Assembly: GCF_018350175.1 (NCBI RefSeq)
Contig: NC_058378.1
Location: forward strand, 59,458,001 to 59,522,000
Reading direction: 5' to 3'
DNA length: 64,000 nt
Source of the DNA: Felis catus
Lineage: Eukaryota
The notes under the pieces were generated by a model, which did not search any database, was not told where the DNA came from, and was given only the letters and a program-made list of their open reading frames with translations. Positions 12,141 to 24,633 of the stretch are shown piece after piece. The translations under genes and the position numbers were made by a program. The stretch's first letter is position 1; each line of letters begins with the position of its first letter.

Positions 12141-13885
12141 TGCCATGAACCACACTCTGAGTGGTTTCTCTAACCTGGAGTGTGTTCCTCCTGCCCAGTC
12201 CTAGAGCCTGATACCTCATAGCCGTAGGGCTCCCTCTCCACCCCCCACCCCACTTACTTCTGCACTAAGCAAATAGGAGGCCCCAAAGGTAAACAGGTGT
12301 GCCTCCACAGTGAGGGGTGGGGCATGGGCAGTTTGCCTGGGGCCTCGTGCTGCCCAGCCCCCAGATGAGGAGCTGACGCCCTCTAGTCTACACTCTTCTC
12401 TCCACTCGTACTATATTCTCCCCCTCTGGGCTCTGACCACTACAGTGCTGACCTTTACCTCTTGAATAAATGCTCCAAATTCCTGTTTTCTCTCTGGCCG
12501 GATCCTAGTCCTTCCCCTCGCCTCAAGGCCACATAGTTAATATTTGACCTGGAAACGAGGGGAGAGGCCAGTGGCCCTTGTGGCTGTGTCTGTGGGTGTC
12601 TGATGAGATTGGGTGGGTCAGGCTTCCTCCACACCCAGCCCAGTCCAGGAAGCCTTCAAGAGCCACCTCAGAGATCAGGCCTATTACAGGGGTCAGGGGA
12701 GATCTGCCACCTACTTCCACCCCATCCCCACATGACTTGAGAGAGAGTCCAGGTGTGGAATAGTCTCCAGGGTAAGCCAGGGGAGGTGGCCAAGAGCTCC
12801 CATCACTCACCATTTCCATGTTGCTTTTATCTCAACTGGCCTTGCACACTAAAGCATCCTGCATAGACATTACACCTGTGCAGTGCAGCCAGGGGGCCCC
12901 AGATACCCGCCCCCCACCATGTCTATGAATGCCTATTTGCAGGTAGGGACACGTGTGGATGCCTAGCCAGAGAGTGCAGTACAGACTCGCATGGGCAGAG
13001 TAGAGATGTGCACCCCCTCGGAGAAGAATGCTGAGGAGGAGAAGTGTCTAATTAAAGAGAGATTCCAGAGGGAGCTCTCGGGCCAGGGAAAAGAAAAAAC
13101 AAAGGGAAAACAGGACAAAATCAACAAAAGCCCATTAAATGTCTCTGCCAAGCTTTCTTGCATAAGGCACCCCCGCAGGCAGCAGGGGCAGCTGCTGCCC
13201 CAAGTTTGGTCCCATTGTTGGGAGGAGAAGGCATTCTCTCCGAAAACGGAGCTCCACCCGAGACGGAGGCCTAGCTTAGCCTCTGAGTTGGCCAGAGGAG
13301 GGTGGATACTTTGGGTTCGGGTTGGGAGGAGTCTAGGGTCTTGTAAGGAGGGCAAGTTCTACCCAACTTGCATCAGAGCAGAGAAGTGGACAGAGCAACA
13401 GTGAGCCAATCCTGACGTAGGAGTTCTGTGGTCCCTCCCACCAGTGCCCCCTGAAGTCTGGGGGTAATGCCATCCACCTTCCACACACACACAGATAAAA
13501 GAGCTTTTCTACCCTGTTTTTTTCTTTAGAAAACGGACCTCAGAGAACCAGAACTAGTCCTGCTGTCGGGGCAGGGTGACCCCATCAGTGACCTACAACC
13601 CCCTTATGACCCCACAACTCCTTCCCACCATGGAGTTTGTATTTGATGCAGAAAAGCAGTGTGTGATCCATCCCTCCCTCTGACCTCTAACCTGGGATTC
13701 CATGGCCACACAACCCTGTGATTCCATGTCCCCTCGATTCCAGGACCCTCCCTGGCCCCATGACCCCTGACCTTCCAAGTGACCTCCCTGGACCTTGACC
13801 CCTGTGACTATTCTTGCCATCATACCCTGTGACTGTGGCCCTGGCTCCCCTTGGGGGTCTCACTGGTCTGGGCCTCCCCAGAAAA

Positions 13886-16800
13886 ATGTGGGGAAGGCTC
13901 TGGCCCCTCTTCCTGAGCTTCCTCACAGCATCTGCAGTCCCTGGACCCTCACTGCGGAGACCATCCAGAGAACTAGATGCCATCCCACGGATGACCATCC
14001 CCTATGAAGGTTAGATGCCCCCCCCCCCCGCCAAATTTGAAACACAGCAGGAGCCAGGTCTGGGAGTGGGGAGGACACCCCAGGGCTGGGCTCACGACTC
14101 CCACTCTCCCCAAGAGCTCTCCAGGACCCGGCACTTCAAGGGCCAAGCCCAGAACTACTCAACGCTGCTGCTGGAGGAGTCTTCAGCAAGACTGCTGGTT
14201 GGAGCCCGAGGTGCCCTCTTCTCTCTCAATGCCCGTGACATAGGAGATGGGGCTCACAAAGAGGTTAGCCCTTAGAACCTGGAACACCCAGAGGATCTCT
14301 GGCTTTATCCACCTCCCTGGGACCTCGATTTCCTGGAAGCCTCGCCAGCCTTCCATAGCCCCCTGGTCAGATAGCATGGCCCTTCCTAAACCACGTCTCC
14401 CTTACCATCCAATGCTCCTCCTGAAACCTACCTGTACCCCAGTTTCCCCTGTTCCCTGCAGTCCTATACCTGGTCCCACAGATAATGGTGAAAGGGAAGG
14501 GTCCTGGGGTCAACACATCAGCCCATTCCCTTTCCCTGTCTCCAGATCCACTGGGAGGCCTCCCCAGAGATGCAAAGCAAATGCCATCAAAAAGGAAAAA
14601 ACAACCAGGTATGTGGTCTGTCCTTTCCCCAGCTCCTTTCCTTCTCTTCAGTTGGGGATGTCAAGGTTGGTGGGGACACAGATGGAGAGGTATGGATCAG
14701 CCAGTCAGTTGCAGCAACCACAGCAAACACGTGAGTGTAGCCAGAGTGGTGGGCCCTAGGTACAGCACTTCTAATCCAAACAGCTGGTCACCTACCAGCT
14801 TGGCCTATAGTGGCATCTGAATCTCTTCTGGGCTCCTGAGTAAGAATCATGATAGAAATAAGTAATCTCTAGTAAATGCTGACTTAGCCATTATCTCTCC
14901 TAATTCTAAAATAACCCTATGAAATAGTATTATCCTCCATTTTACAGATGAGACAAATGAGGTTTAGTCAAGGACTAGCTCAAATACCCAGTATTCCACG
15001 GAGGGCTGTTAGCGAATTGCCAGTTCTTTCAAGCTAAAGAACAGGGTGTCTGCAGGGGTTCCATGTCTGGCTATGTAACAGATCTATCTGGAGAACTTTT
15101 TAAAAATACGCATTCCCAGGGGTGCCTGGCTGGCTCAGTCAGTAGAGCATGCAACTCTTGATCTCAGGGTCATGAGTTCAAACCCCACATTGGGCACAGA
15201 GCCCAATGAAAGAAGAAGCCCAAAAAGAAAGAAAAAAAACTATATTCCCTGGCCCAGGGGTTCTGATTCAGTGGGTCTGGGGTGGTGTCGGGATAGGTGT
15301 GTTTAACGAGGCACCGCTAAGAGATTTCATCAAAACTGCTGCTGGAGCAGCATGGGTAGGAAGTGGGGCTGGTGAAGCAAGTGGAACCCAGTCACAGAGC
15401 ACTGCAAATGCCCAGCTAGAGGTATGGGTTTTATTCTGTGACAGTGGGCACGCTCACCATTTGGTACTTTAGAGACTCTCAGACTTTAGTGTGCACAAGA
15501 ATCACCTGGGTATGTTATAAATGCAGGTGCTAACTCAGTCAGTCTGGGGAAGGGGCCCAAGATTCTGCAATTCTAACAAGCTTCCAGAGGAAGCTGATAC
15601 TGTTGCTCCCCAAGCCACACTTTGGGTAGCAAGGCTTCAGGAAGACAATTCCCAAAACATGTTCTGAGAAACATTAATTTTCAAAAGGGGGGTTTAATGG
15701 TCAGATGAGTTTGGGAAATGCTGTATGCGTAATCCCACAGTGCACAGCAACATCCCTAAGGCCCTGAGAAGTCCCCTGGCAAGGCAGGTTGTAGCCATGG
15801 TTTCCAACTTATTTGACCACAGAATTCCTCCCTCATCCCCCCTTATTTTTTTGTTTGTTTATTTATTTAAGTTTATTTTGAGAGAGAGTGTGTGTGCATG
15901 AATGGGGGGGGGGGGGCGGGGGCAAGCAGAGGGTGAGGGAGAGAATCCCACACAGGCTCCTCATGGGGCTTGATCCCACAAACCATGAGTTCATGCCCTG
16001 AGCCGAAATCAAGAGTCAGACACTTAACTTACTGAGCCACCCAGGTGCTCTCCTTCCCACCCACCCCCATCCCCCCCCAACCCCCCACTTTTTTTTTTCT
16101 TAGTGTTTGTTTATTTTTGAGAGAGAAAGAGACAGAGCATGAGTGGGGAGGGGCAGAGAGAGAGGGAAACACAGAATCCAAAGCAGGCTCCAGGCTCTGA
16201 GCTGTCAGCACAGAGCCCAATGCGGGGCTCAAACTCACAAACTGAAATCGTGACCTGAGCCAAAGTTGGACGCTTAACCAACTGAGCCACCCAGGGACCC
16301 CGACCTTTTTTAATGTAAACATCTTGGGGAAACACTACTAGAGTAATACTAATCCAGGCCCAGGCACTAGATGGATTAAAATGGAGTAAGTCTATGGGAC
16401 ACCTGGGTGGCTCAGTTAATTAAGCATCTGACTCAGTTCGTGATCTCGTGGTTCATGAGTTTGAGTCCTGCAAGGAGCCTGCTTGGGATTCTCTCTCTGC
16501 CTCTCCCCTGCCCTCTCTCTCTCTCTCTCTCAAAATAAATAAAAATAAACTTAAAAAAATCCTTCTAAAAAAAATCATAAAATAAAATAGTGAGTCTGGA
16601 GGCAGGAAAGGCAGTGAAGGTTGGGGGCATCATGGGGGTCAGAGGAGGAAGGCATGAGCAGGCTAGTGGAGAGAAGGGACCCGGGGAGGCAATGGGATGA
16701 GACAAAAAGGCCTGCATGGATTCAAACCCTGGGTAACAAGCAGGAGGAGGAATCATGAACAAGGCAAACAAGTCGGGGGGGGGGGGGGCTTAGCTTGAGG

Positions 16801-19800
16801 CATTTAATGGGCAGAGAAGAGCAGTGTGGCTGGAGCAGGTGAGGAAGGGGAAGAAGGGGCAGAGCCCTACCATGCAGGGCCGGAAGTGGTAGGCTATGTT
16901 CAGGACTCTAGTGGGCCACTGAAGGTTTTTTAAATACAGCAGTGACACAATCTGGTTTAAAATATGCCTTGGAAACTGGGTTGCCAGAGGGTGCTAATCG
17001 GTAGAATATCTCTGGAAGGAAACCAGACAATGGTAAGAGCAGTCCCCTTTGAAAGCAACAGGGATAAAAGGAGACGCTCTGTTTACAACCTATCCCTTTG
17101 TACCTTCTGAATTTTACACTGTGTACATGCATTCCTCACTCACTGAATAAACAAGTAGCTTTTACAGAGTGGCGGAGGCTTGGGAGAACTGACAGGCAGT
17201 CTCTACAGTTGTCCAGGGAAGAGGCAACAGTGGTGACATGGACTAGGGTGGTGGAGGTGGAGGGGGAAGTGGACCACGTCAGGAGACATGACGACAAAGA
17301 ATCTCGAGGAAGGACTGAACATGGGGGTGAGGGAGTGGGAAGCAGCAAGGATGACTCCTGGAATTGGCTAATAAGATGGATGGATGAAGTGAGGTGGGAA
17401 AGACTGGATGAACAGGTTTAGGAGGGAAGATGCAGGTTAGGGAGGAGGGAATGAGCTAGCTATTGGGTGGAGAGAGGGCAGAGCCTGGGGATACATTTGG
17501 TAGTGTCACCCTACAGGGGGTGTGGGAGCTCCAGGACTAGGGGACACTGCTGAGGAGGAGATGTGAGAGAAGTATCTCAGGGTGGTGGGAGCCCTGGGGG
17601 CCCCCGAACTGGGGGTGCGGAGGGCTGCAGGCAATGCAGAAGCTGGCAAAATGTGTCAGGTAATCCTGACAGTGAGATAGAAGACTGAAGAGGGGTCAAT
17701 GCCGCTGGGAAGCCCGAGGACAGTGGGTTCCAGGGAGTAGTCTGTGTTCCGGGCAGTGAGCAGGCCCACTGGGAACTCAGAACTGTGTCGGGTGGGTGGG
17801 GGCAAGAGCCGAACTACAACGCTGGATTAACGGAAAAGGCCTCTAAGCAGGCTGGGGGCTCACAGCCCTCCCCCACCTCCCCCCCAGACGGAGTGCTTCA
17901 ACCATGTGCGATTCCTTCAGCGACTCAATGCCACCCACTTCTATGCATGCGGGACTCACGCCTTCCAGCCTCTCTGTGCAGCCATTGTGAGTAGGTCTGC
18001 CCCAGCCCAGCCCTTATTGCTGCTCCCTGGCCCTGGACCAGTCTGAGCTTGGGCCATGACCCCTGCCTGTCCTCGAGACCACTGACTTCTGGCCTCGTAA
18101 TCCTCCAGGATGCTGAGGCCTTCACCTTGCCAACAAGCTTTGAGGAGGGGAAGGAGAAGTGTCCTTATGACCCAGCCCGTGGCTTCACAGGCCTCATCAT
18201 CGGTGAGCATGCGCTCCTCCCCACCCTGGCCCCTTATCCATCAGCGTGCTCTTTGGGGGACACGGACCTCGTTGCTAGGACTTGCCACTGATATGTGTTA
18301 TGTGCCTTATTGTATGTGACGTGTCTGTCACGCGTGGCATGCCTGTGCTCCAGATGGAGGCCTCTACACAGCCACACGGTATGAATTCCGGAGCATCCCT
18401 GACATCCGCCGAAGCCGCCACCCGCACTCCTTGAGGACTGAGGAGGCTCCGATGCACTGGCTCAATGGTTAGGAGGATGAGGCACAGGATGTTGGGGGGC
18501 AGGGGACTATTCATCTTTACTCCCTTGGGCAGTTGACATCCCATCCCCAAATTCCCAGGTGAGCCTGTCTATTCCTGAGTGTGGTTGAGTGAGGGGTAGT
18601 GGAGGGGATCCCCATCCTGTCTCAGGGGCCACTTGAACTGCCCAACCTGCAGATGCTGAGTTTGTGTTCTCCGTCCTGGTACGGGAGAGCGAGGCCAGTA
18701 CAGTGGGCGATGACGACAAGGTTTACTACTTCTTCACGGAGCGGGCCACTGACGAGGGCCCCAGCAGCTTCACTCAGAGCCGCAACAGCCACCGTGTGGC
18801 CCGTGTGGCCCGTGTGTGCAAGGTGAGTGGCACCAAGTTTGGGCCAAGAGTGTACAAGCGGAACTTCTGACGCTGACCCTGTGCCCTACCTCCCCAGGGA
18901 GACCTAGGAGGAAAGAAGATCTTGCAGAAGAAGTGGACCTCCTTCTTAAAGGCGCGTCTAGTCTGCCACATTCCACAGTATGAGATGCTACGTGGTGTCT
19001 GCAGCCTGGACACGGACACCTCAGCACGCACACACTTCTATGCGGCCTTCACGCTGACCACACAGTGGTCAGTGCAGGGACAGTGGGGACACAAGGAAGT
19101 GGGGACAGCCTGAGGCCTGGAGCAGAGGTCAACGAGGAGAAATAGGATCCCTTGCGGGGAGGCTGGCTGCAGAGAGAGAATTCCAGGCACATCCAGCTAG
19201 CCTGGAGCCAGAGGCCACAGTGGCCTCCTGACCCTTAGGAGAGGCCCTGAGGCTGAGAGCCGGGGTTGGCCAGGGTTAACAGTGAGCTCCAGGCTGGGGC
19301 AGGTGGCAGGGGGGCAGCCTCCACCCACTGTGGCTCAGGCCCCTCCCCTATGTCCCTTCCTAGGAAGACCCTAGAGGCCTCAGCCATCTGCCGCTACGAC
19401 CTGGCCGAGGTGCAGGCTGTCTTCGCAGGTCCCTACATGGAATACCAGGACGGTGCCCGGCGCTGGGGCCGCTATGAGGGTGGGGTGCCGGAGCCCCGGC
19501 CCGGCTCAGTGAGTGCCCAGGCCTGGGGTCAGTGCTGAGTAGACAGAACCCCCGGGAGGGGCAGGAGGGCCTAGCCTTGGGGGGGGGGGGGGGGGAGGGC
19601 ACGCAAGCAGTAGATTCCTGAGGTTCACTGCCTCTGTCCCCCACCCCAGTGCATCACAGATTCATTGCGCACTCGCGGCTACAACTCCTCCCAGGATTTG
19701 CCATCCCTCGTCTTGGACTTCGTGAAGTTGCACCCACTAATGGCTCGGCCCGTGGTGCCCACACGAGGACGGCCCCTGCTGCTCAAGCGCAGTGTGCGCT

Positions 19801-22800
19801 ATACACACCTCACAGGGACGCCTGTCACCACGCCTGCCGGACCCACCTATGACCTGCTCTTTCTGGGCACAGGTACTTTTGACCCCTGGCCTGGGCCCTT
19901 TGGTAACTGCTGACCTGGGTCCTTGATCCTCGTTGACCGCTCATCCCCTGAATGACTTTTGATCACAAAACCCTGGTGACCAATGATGTTGATTCTTCAA
20001 TGAACACTCACTACTGACCCCCAGTGACCACTGGCTCTTGGTAACTGCGGATTCCTGTCACCAACCACAGTGATATTTGACCCTGATCACTGTTTTTAGA
20101 CCCAACAATTCCTGCCATGACAAGCCCAGAGTTCCCAGCCAGGGAACTGTTCCCAGTCCTGAGTAACTGTTACCGGCTGAATCCTTGTCCCTGACGTCCT
20201 GGCTCCCAAGCTACTCCCATTGGGCTATTGCAGGGGGCTGAAAACAGATTCCATTTCTGGGTTCTGACCCTCTGCCCTTTCCATACCAGCTGATGGCTGG
20301 ATCCACAAGGCCGTGGTGCTGGGTTCTGGGATGCACATTATCGAAGAGACACAAGTGTTCAAGGAGCCCCAGTCTGTGGAAAATCTGGTCATCTCTCCGA
20401 TGCAGGTAGCCTCTGACCCACTACTTGCCAGAATAGGGGGAGGGAGTGGGTGGCTGGGCAGTGGCCGTGTGTGTCTGTAGCTGGGAGTTGGGGGTGTTGC
20501 CAACCAGCTTTCCTCTCTGGCTCCCAGCACAGCCTTTACGTGGGGGCCCCTAGTGGTGTCATCCAGCTACCACTGTCTAGCTGCTCCCGCTACCGCTCCT
20601 GCTATGACTGCATCCTGGCCCGGGACCCCTACTGTGGCTGGGACCCCAGCACCCATGCCTGCATCATAACCAACAGGTCCCAGGGTAGCAGGTAAGAGGT
20701 GGTAGGGGTGTGAGGGTCCCGTGTGAACAGGGGATCAGGGCCTGAGGGGAGGAGGCGGGCCTGCTAGCTGGAGGGGGAGCGGGGGGCGGTTGTTGGCAAC
20801 AGCATCATTGACTTCCACTGGGGAAACTAAAGCTCAGTTCCCCTGTTCGTGAGTTTAGGACAGCACTGATACAGGACATAGAGAGAGGAAACCGAGGCTG
20901 TGAAGGCAACAAGGACACAGGTAAGTGACAGGCATGGACGTGTGTAGGCCTGGCTGCATAGCCTGTCCTCTACGTTTACTGTCATTTGCCTGTGCGTGTA
21001 CGTATCTGAATGGTTGTGTCTGTGTGCTTTCAGCGAGGATGTTCCAGCACAGTGTGGCACAGAGTAAGTGCTCCACAGACATCTGCTGCCCTAAAGGATT
21101 ATAAATGAGGAGAAAGGCTCATGACATAAAAGTTCTTTTTGTCACACCTGAGCTTATAGCCAAGTGTGTGCTGGCGGGGGCGGGAGGGGGGGGCAATTCA
21201 ATGATCACACAAGTAATTCTTTCCATTGGTTTTTGCTACAAAAGGAATACTTGCAACTATAACAAGGATTTGAAGGACAATGAATACTCCCCTGAGGAAG
21301 ATCAGATGACTGAGCTGATACCTAAAGGAGGAGCGGAAGTTAATAGTCATACTAACATGTACTGAGTACTTACTCTGTGCCAGGCGCTGACCGAACACGT
21401 ACACACACGATCTCTCTTATGCTCACAGCATTGCTAGGAGAGAGGTGCCACAATCCCCATCCCTATGAGGGGCAATCTCTCTGAGGTACAGGGAGAGTAA
21501 GTACACTGCCCAAAGTTAATAAGCTATTAAGTAGTGGGGTCAGAATTCAAACCTGACCCCGAACAGTCTGACTGGAGTTTGTGCTTTTCATTACTTCTGT
21601 GCTCTTTCCCCCTGGCCAACCAGCAGAGGGCACAGAGAGGGGGGTGACATCCAAGCAGAGGGGACAGCAGGCCGATGAGCTTGGGGTGTTTGCCAAGAGG
21701 CTGGAGAAGTGGGCAGGGACCATGTTGAGGCGGGGAAGTGGCACAATCAGTGTGGTGTTTTTAAAAGGTTACCCCACTCCTGCATGGAGAATAAATTACA
21801 TGGGGGCCAGAGTGGGCCAGCAGCTGGGGAAGGAGAGAAGTGAACAGGGCTGAGATGGATTCTGGAAGCAGAATCCTGGTGAGAATTAGACACGAAGGTG
21901 AAGGAGAGAGAGAGGCAAGGGGACTCCCCAGTTTCTGACTTAAGCAGCTGAGTAGTTACTGGTGCCATTCACTGTGACAATTCAAGGAAAAGACCTGGTG
22001 TAGTTTGGGACAGAGACTTTGGTCTTAGTTCCTGTGCCATGTTCAAGAGACCTCCCGTGGAGATGCCCTGTGTGTGGAAGATGTTCAGGTCTGTCGATCA
22101 GGGGAGAACTCTGTGCTAGAGACTGAGCTTACAAATCATTGGCAGATCGCAGGCACGGAAACCACTGAGACGGGCCAATGCAAACCTTAAATGGGAACAC
22201 AAACGCAGGAGACCTCATTCAGTTGTCACCATGATTCCAGATTTGCGCTTGGTGCTAGGGACATAATAGTGAACCACCTGACCTGCCATCTCCAACGCCC
22301 TCCCTCAGATAGACAACACTGACCACTCCTCTCACCGCCCCCCCTCCCCACCTCCAGGGCCACCACCACCACTGAGAACCCGCTCTGTCCTCCGAGGTGA
22401 TGATGTTCTCCTGCCCTGTGACCAGCCATCCAACCTGGCCCGGGCCTTGTGGCTGCTCAATGGGAGCATGGGCCTGAATGACGGACAGCATGGCTACCGC
22501 GTGGGCGTGGATGGGCTGCTGGTGACAAACATACAGCCTGAGCACAGTGGCAACTATGGCTGCTATGCTGAGGAGAATGGCCTCCGCACCCTGCTGGCCT
22601 CCTACAGCCTCACAGTCCGGCCGGCCACTCCTGCCCCAGCTCCACAAGCCCCTGCCATGCCCGGGGCACAGCTGGCACCTGACGTGAGGCTACTGTATGT
22701 GCTAGCCATCGCTGCACTTGGCGGCCTCTGCCTCATCCTGGCTTCCTCCCTCCTCTATGTGGCCTGTCTTCAGGGAGGCAGACGAGGGCGTCGAAGGAAA

Positions 22801-23187
22801 TACTCTCTGGGTCGGGCTGGCCGGGCAGGGGGCTCTGCTGTGCAGCTGCAGACAGTTTCAGGCCAATGTCCTGGAGAGGAAGACGAGGGTGATGATGGGG
22901 AGGGGGCTGGGGGCCTGGAAGGTGGCTGCCTCCAGATCATCCCTGGGGAGGGAGCCCCAGCCCCACCGCCTCCGCCGCCCCCACCGCCACCGGCCGAGCT
23001 GACCAACGGGCTGGTGGCACTACCCAGCCGGCTGCGCAGGATGAACGGCAACAGCTACGTGCTCCTGAGGCAGAGCAACAACGGAGTGCCAGCAGGGCCC
23101 TGCTCGTTTGCTGAGGAGCTCAGCCGCATCCTGGAGAAGAGGAAACACACACAGCTTGTAGAGCACCTGGACGAGAGCTCTGTCTGA
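13886..23187 (+). CDS. SEMA4G: Semaphorin-4G, 835 aa (840 with the long donor). Exons: 13886-14009, 14115-14263, 14546-14608, 17888-17986, 18109-18202, 18354-18467, 18653-18822, 18898-19067, 19364-19508, 19650-19872, 20290-20405, 20528-20676 (alt donor 20691), 20859-20920, 22358-23187
   Basis: Signal peptide [15 protein letters not shown], Sema domain ([35 protein letters not shown]), PSI ([11 protein letters not shown]), Ig, TM ([27 protein letters not shown]), C-terminal ESSV. All introns GT-AG; total 2508 nt in frame. Confidence 0.96.
15119..15240 (+). mobile_element. Short CanSINE inserted in a MER5-like relic (~15050-15340)
   Basis: ggggtgcctggctggctcagtcagtagagcatgcaactcttgatctcaggg head, A-rich tail, degenerate TSD (…attccc). 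Confidence 0.75.
15470..15640. mobile_element. MER5A-like DNA transposon relic
   Basis: agaatcacctggg...aaatgcag...ggggcccaagattctgcaattctaacaagct...ccacactttg. Confidence 0.65.
15845..16050 (-). mobile_element. CanSINE
   Basis: Poly-T tail, gagagaga tract, ...actgagccacccaggtgc head in reverse. Confidence 0.8.
16089..16300 (-). mobile_element. Felid CanSINE
   Basis: Full-length reverse SINEC_Fc-like sequence. Confidence 0.9.
16397..16590 (+). mobile_element. CanSINE (internally deleted)
   Basis: gggacacctgggtggctcag head, (CT)n, A tail. Confidence 0.8.
21690..22200 (-). mobile_element. L2-like LINE relic in the SEMA4G last intron
   Basis: Purine-rich L2-type text (ggattctggaagcaga, cagtttctgacttaagcagctg, ggtgccattcactg). 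Confidence 0.45.
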
Positions 23188-23554
23188 GCCCAGCCTCCTA
23201 GGACAAATGCTCTTCCAAGCCAGCCTGTCTGCCCCAGGCTGGGCTGCTGCTTCCCCAACACAGCCACTCTACCTTCACCTCCCTCCCTCCAACTCCAGGC
23301 CCTTCTCCCAACTTTGTGATGTCCCTGTAGGGCTGGCAGAGTCAGGCCCAGCCAAAGTCCCCTCCTCAGTCTCCACAGACCCATCTGTGAGCAGCCCAGG
23401 CCCACCGGTGCTCCTCAGAGGTGGGTACTCCCCCAGGACGTGGAATTCTGTAGACCCAGCCCCAGTTCCTATTCCCTTACCCCAAGCACTTGGGAGGAGA
23501 GGATGCCATCTTCCTGCCCCATTTGTCCGTTCAAATCCTTCCTCTTTCTCCCAG

Positions 23555-23841
23555 GCAGGGCTCTGCAGGTCCAGATGACCTCCAGGTCACCACCCTCTGC
23601 GTGGCCCTATGTGCTGGATGGTCCCGAAACCAGACAAGACCTCTGCCAGCCACCAGAGCCACCTGAGCCCTGCATGCATTCACGTGTGCACACGGATGAA
23701 TGTCTATCAGCTGGGCTGCAGGGCCCCCACCCCCATCTCCTGGAACATTGTGTTTCATCTCTCCTGGACTTTGGGTACCCTTCCAACGGCCATATCCCAT
23801 CCTATCTAGGTTTCTCTCCTAGTCCCAGCCCCATGTGGTGA
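23555..23841 (+). CDS. SEMA4G: Putative alternative SEMA4G terminal exon (GRALQVQMTSRSPPSAWPYVLDGPETRQDLCQPP...)
   Basis: Strong acceptor cttcctctttctcccag at 23554; phase 1 fits donor 20920; resembles the recalled C-terminus of a human SEMA4G isoform. Confidence 0.5.
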
Positions 23842-24627
23842 CCTCTTTGGCAAAAGCTTGGGAACAGGCCAGTCTGGGGAGGTAAGACTGTGTCATTCCC
23901 CTCTTCTTCCTTAACGTGCAGCCCTCTTTGGTCAACCTCCTCACCCCCTTGGTCACTCTCAAGAGTGACAGACAGAGCCCCAGGCATGTCCCTTCACACA
24001 CACGTGCTTACATTTCCACTTGCATTTCTGAGCCTCCCTTTGCTGCCTCGGACCTGTATCTGTTGGGTTTGGTCCATGGACATTTCAGAGGGAGAGCCCT
24101 CTCCCATTCAGCTGTCCTCTCAGACATTTCCCTAGGATGGGTGACCAACACTGCAATGAGCCAGCCTCCCTTTTGGGGACCAAGCATTTGCTACCCCCAG
24201 ACCAGAGCAGGGGGAGGAGATCTGATGTCTCACCTGGCACATGAAGCCCGTTCTTGGAACTATGCAAAGGGCAGAGGCTGGGAGTTTGGATGCTTGGCTC
24301 CCATCCCTGTCCTACCTCACCGGGGCACTTTCAGGGTCCAGGGGCCTCTGAAGTCTCCAGGCCCATATGGGACAATCAAATCCTGACTGAGCTCCCCCAN
24401 NNNNNNNNNNNNNNNNNNNNNNNNNNNNNNNNNNNNNNNNNNNNNNNNNNNNNNNNNNNNNNNNNNNNNNNNNNNNNNNNNNNNNNNNNNNNNNNNNNNN
24501 NNNNNNNNNNNNNNNNNNNNNNNNNNNNNNNNNNNNNNNNNNNNNNNNNNNNNNNNNNNNNNNTGGGCAGAACAGGCATGTGACAGAGTGGGGAGCCTGG
24601 GCTCAGCTCCTCCCCCTCCTGTTGGTT

Positions 24628-24633
24628 AATAAA
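24628..24633 (+). terminator. SEMA4G polyadenylation signal AATAAA
   Basis: Canonical hexamer ~1.4 kb after the stop, followed by a GT-rich tract (atgtgtggtcc). Confidence 0.7.

Noticed and set aside
15119-15200. tRNA-like sequences at SINE heads (A/B-box-like)
   Set aside because: They are tRNA-derived SINE 5' ends with A tails and TSDs, not tRNA genes.
14609-17887. Possible MIR608 ortholog in a SEMA4G intron
   Set aside because: Known to me only as a primate miRNA; I recognised no matching hairpin here.
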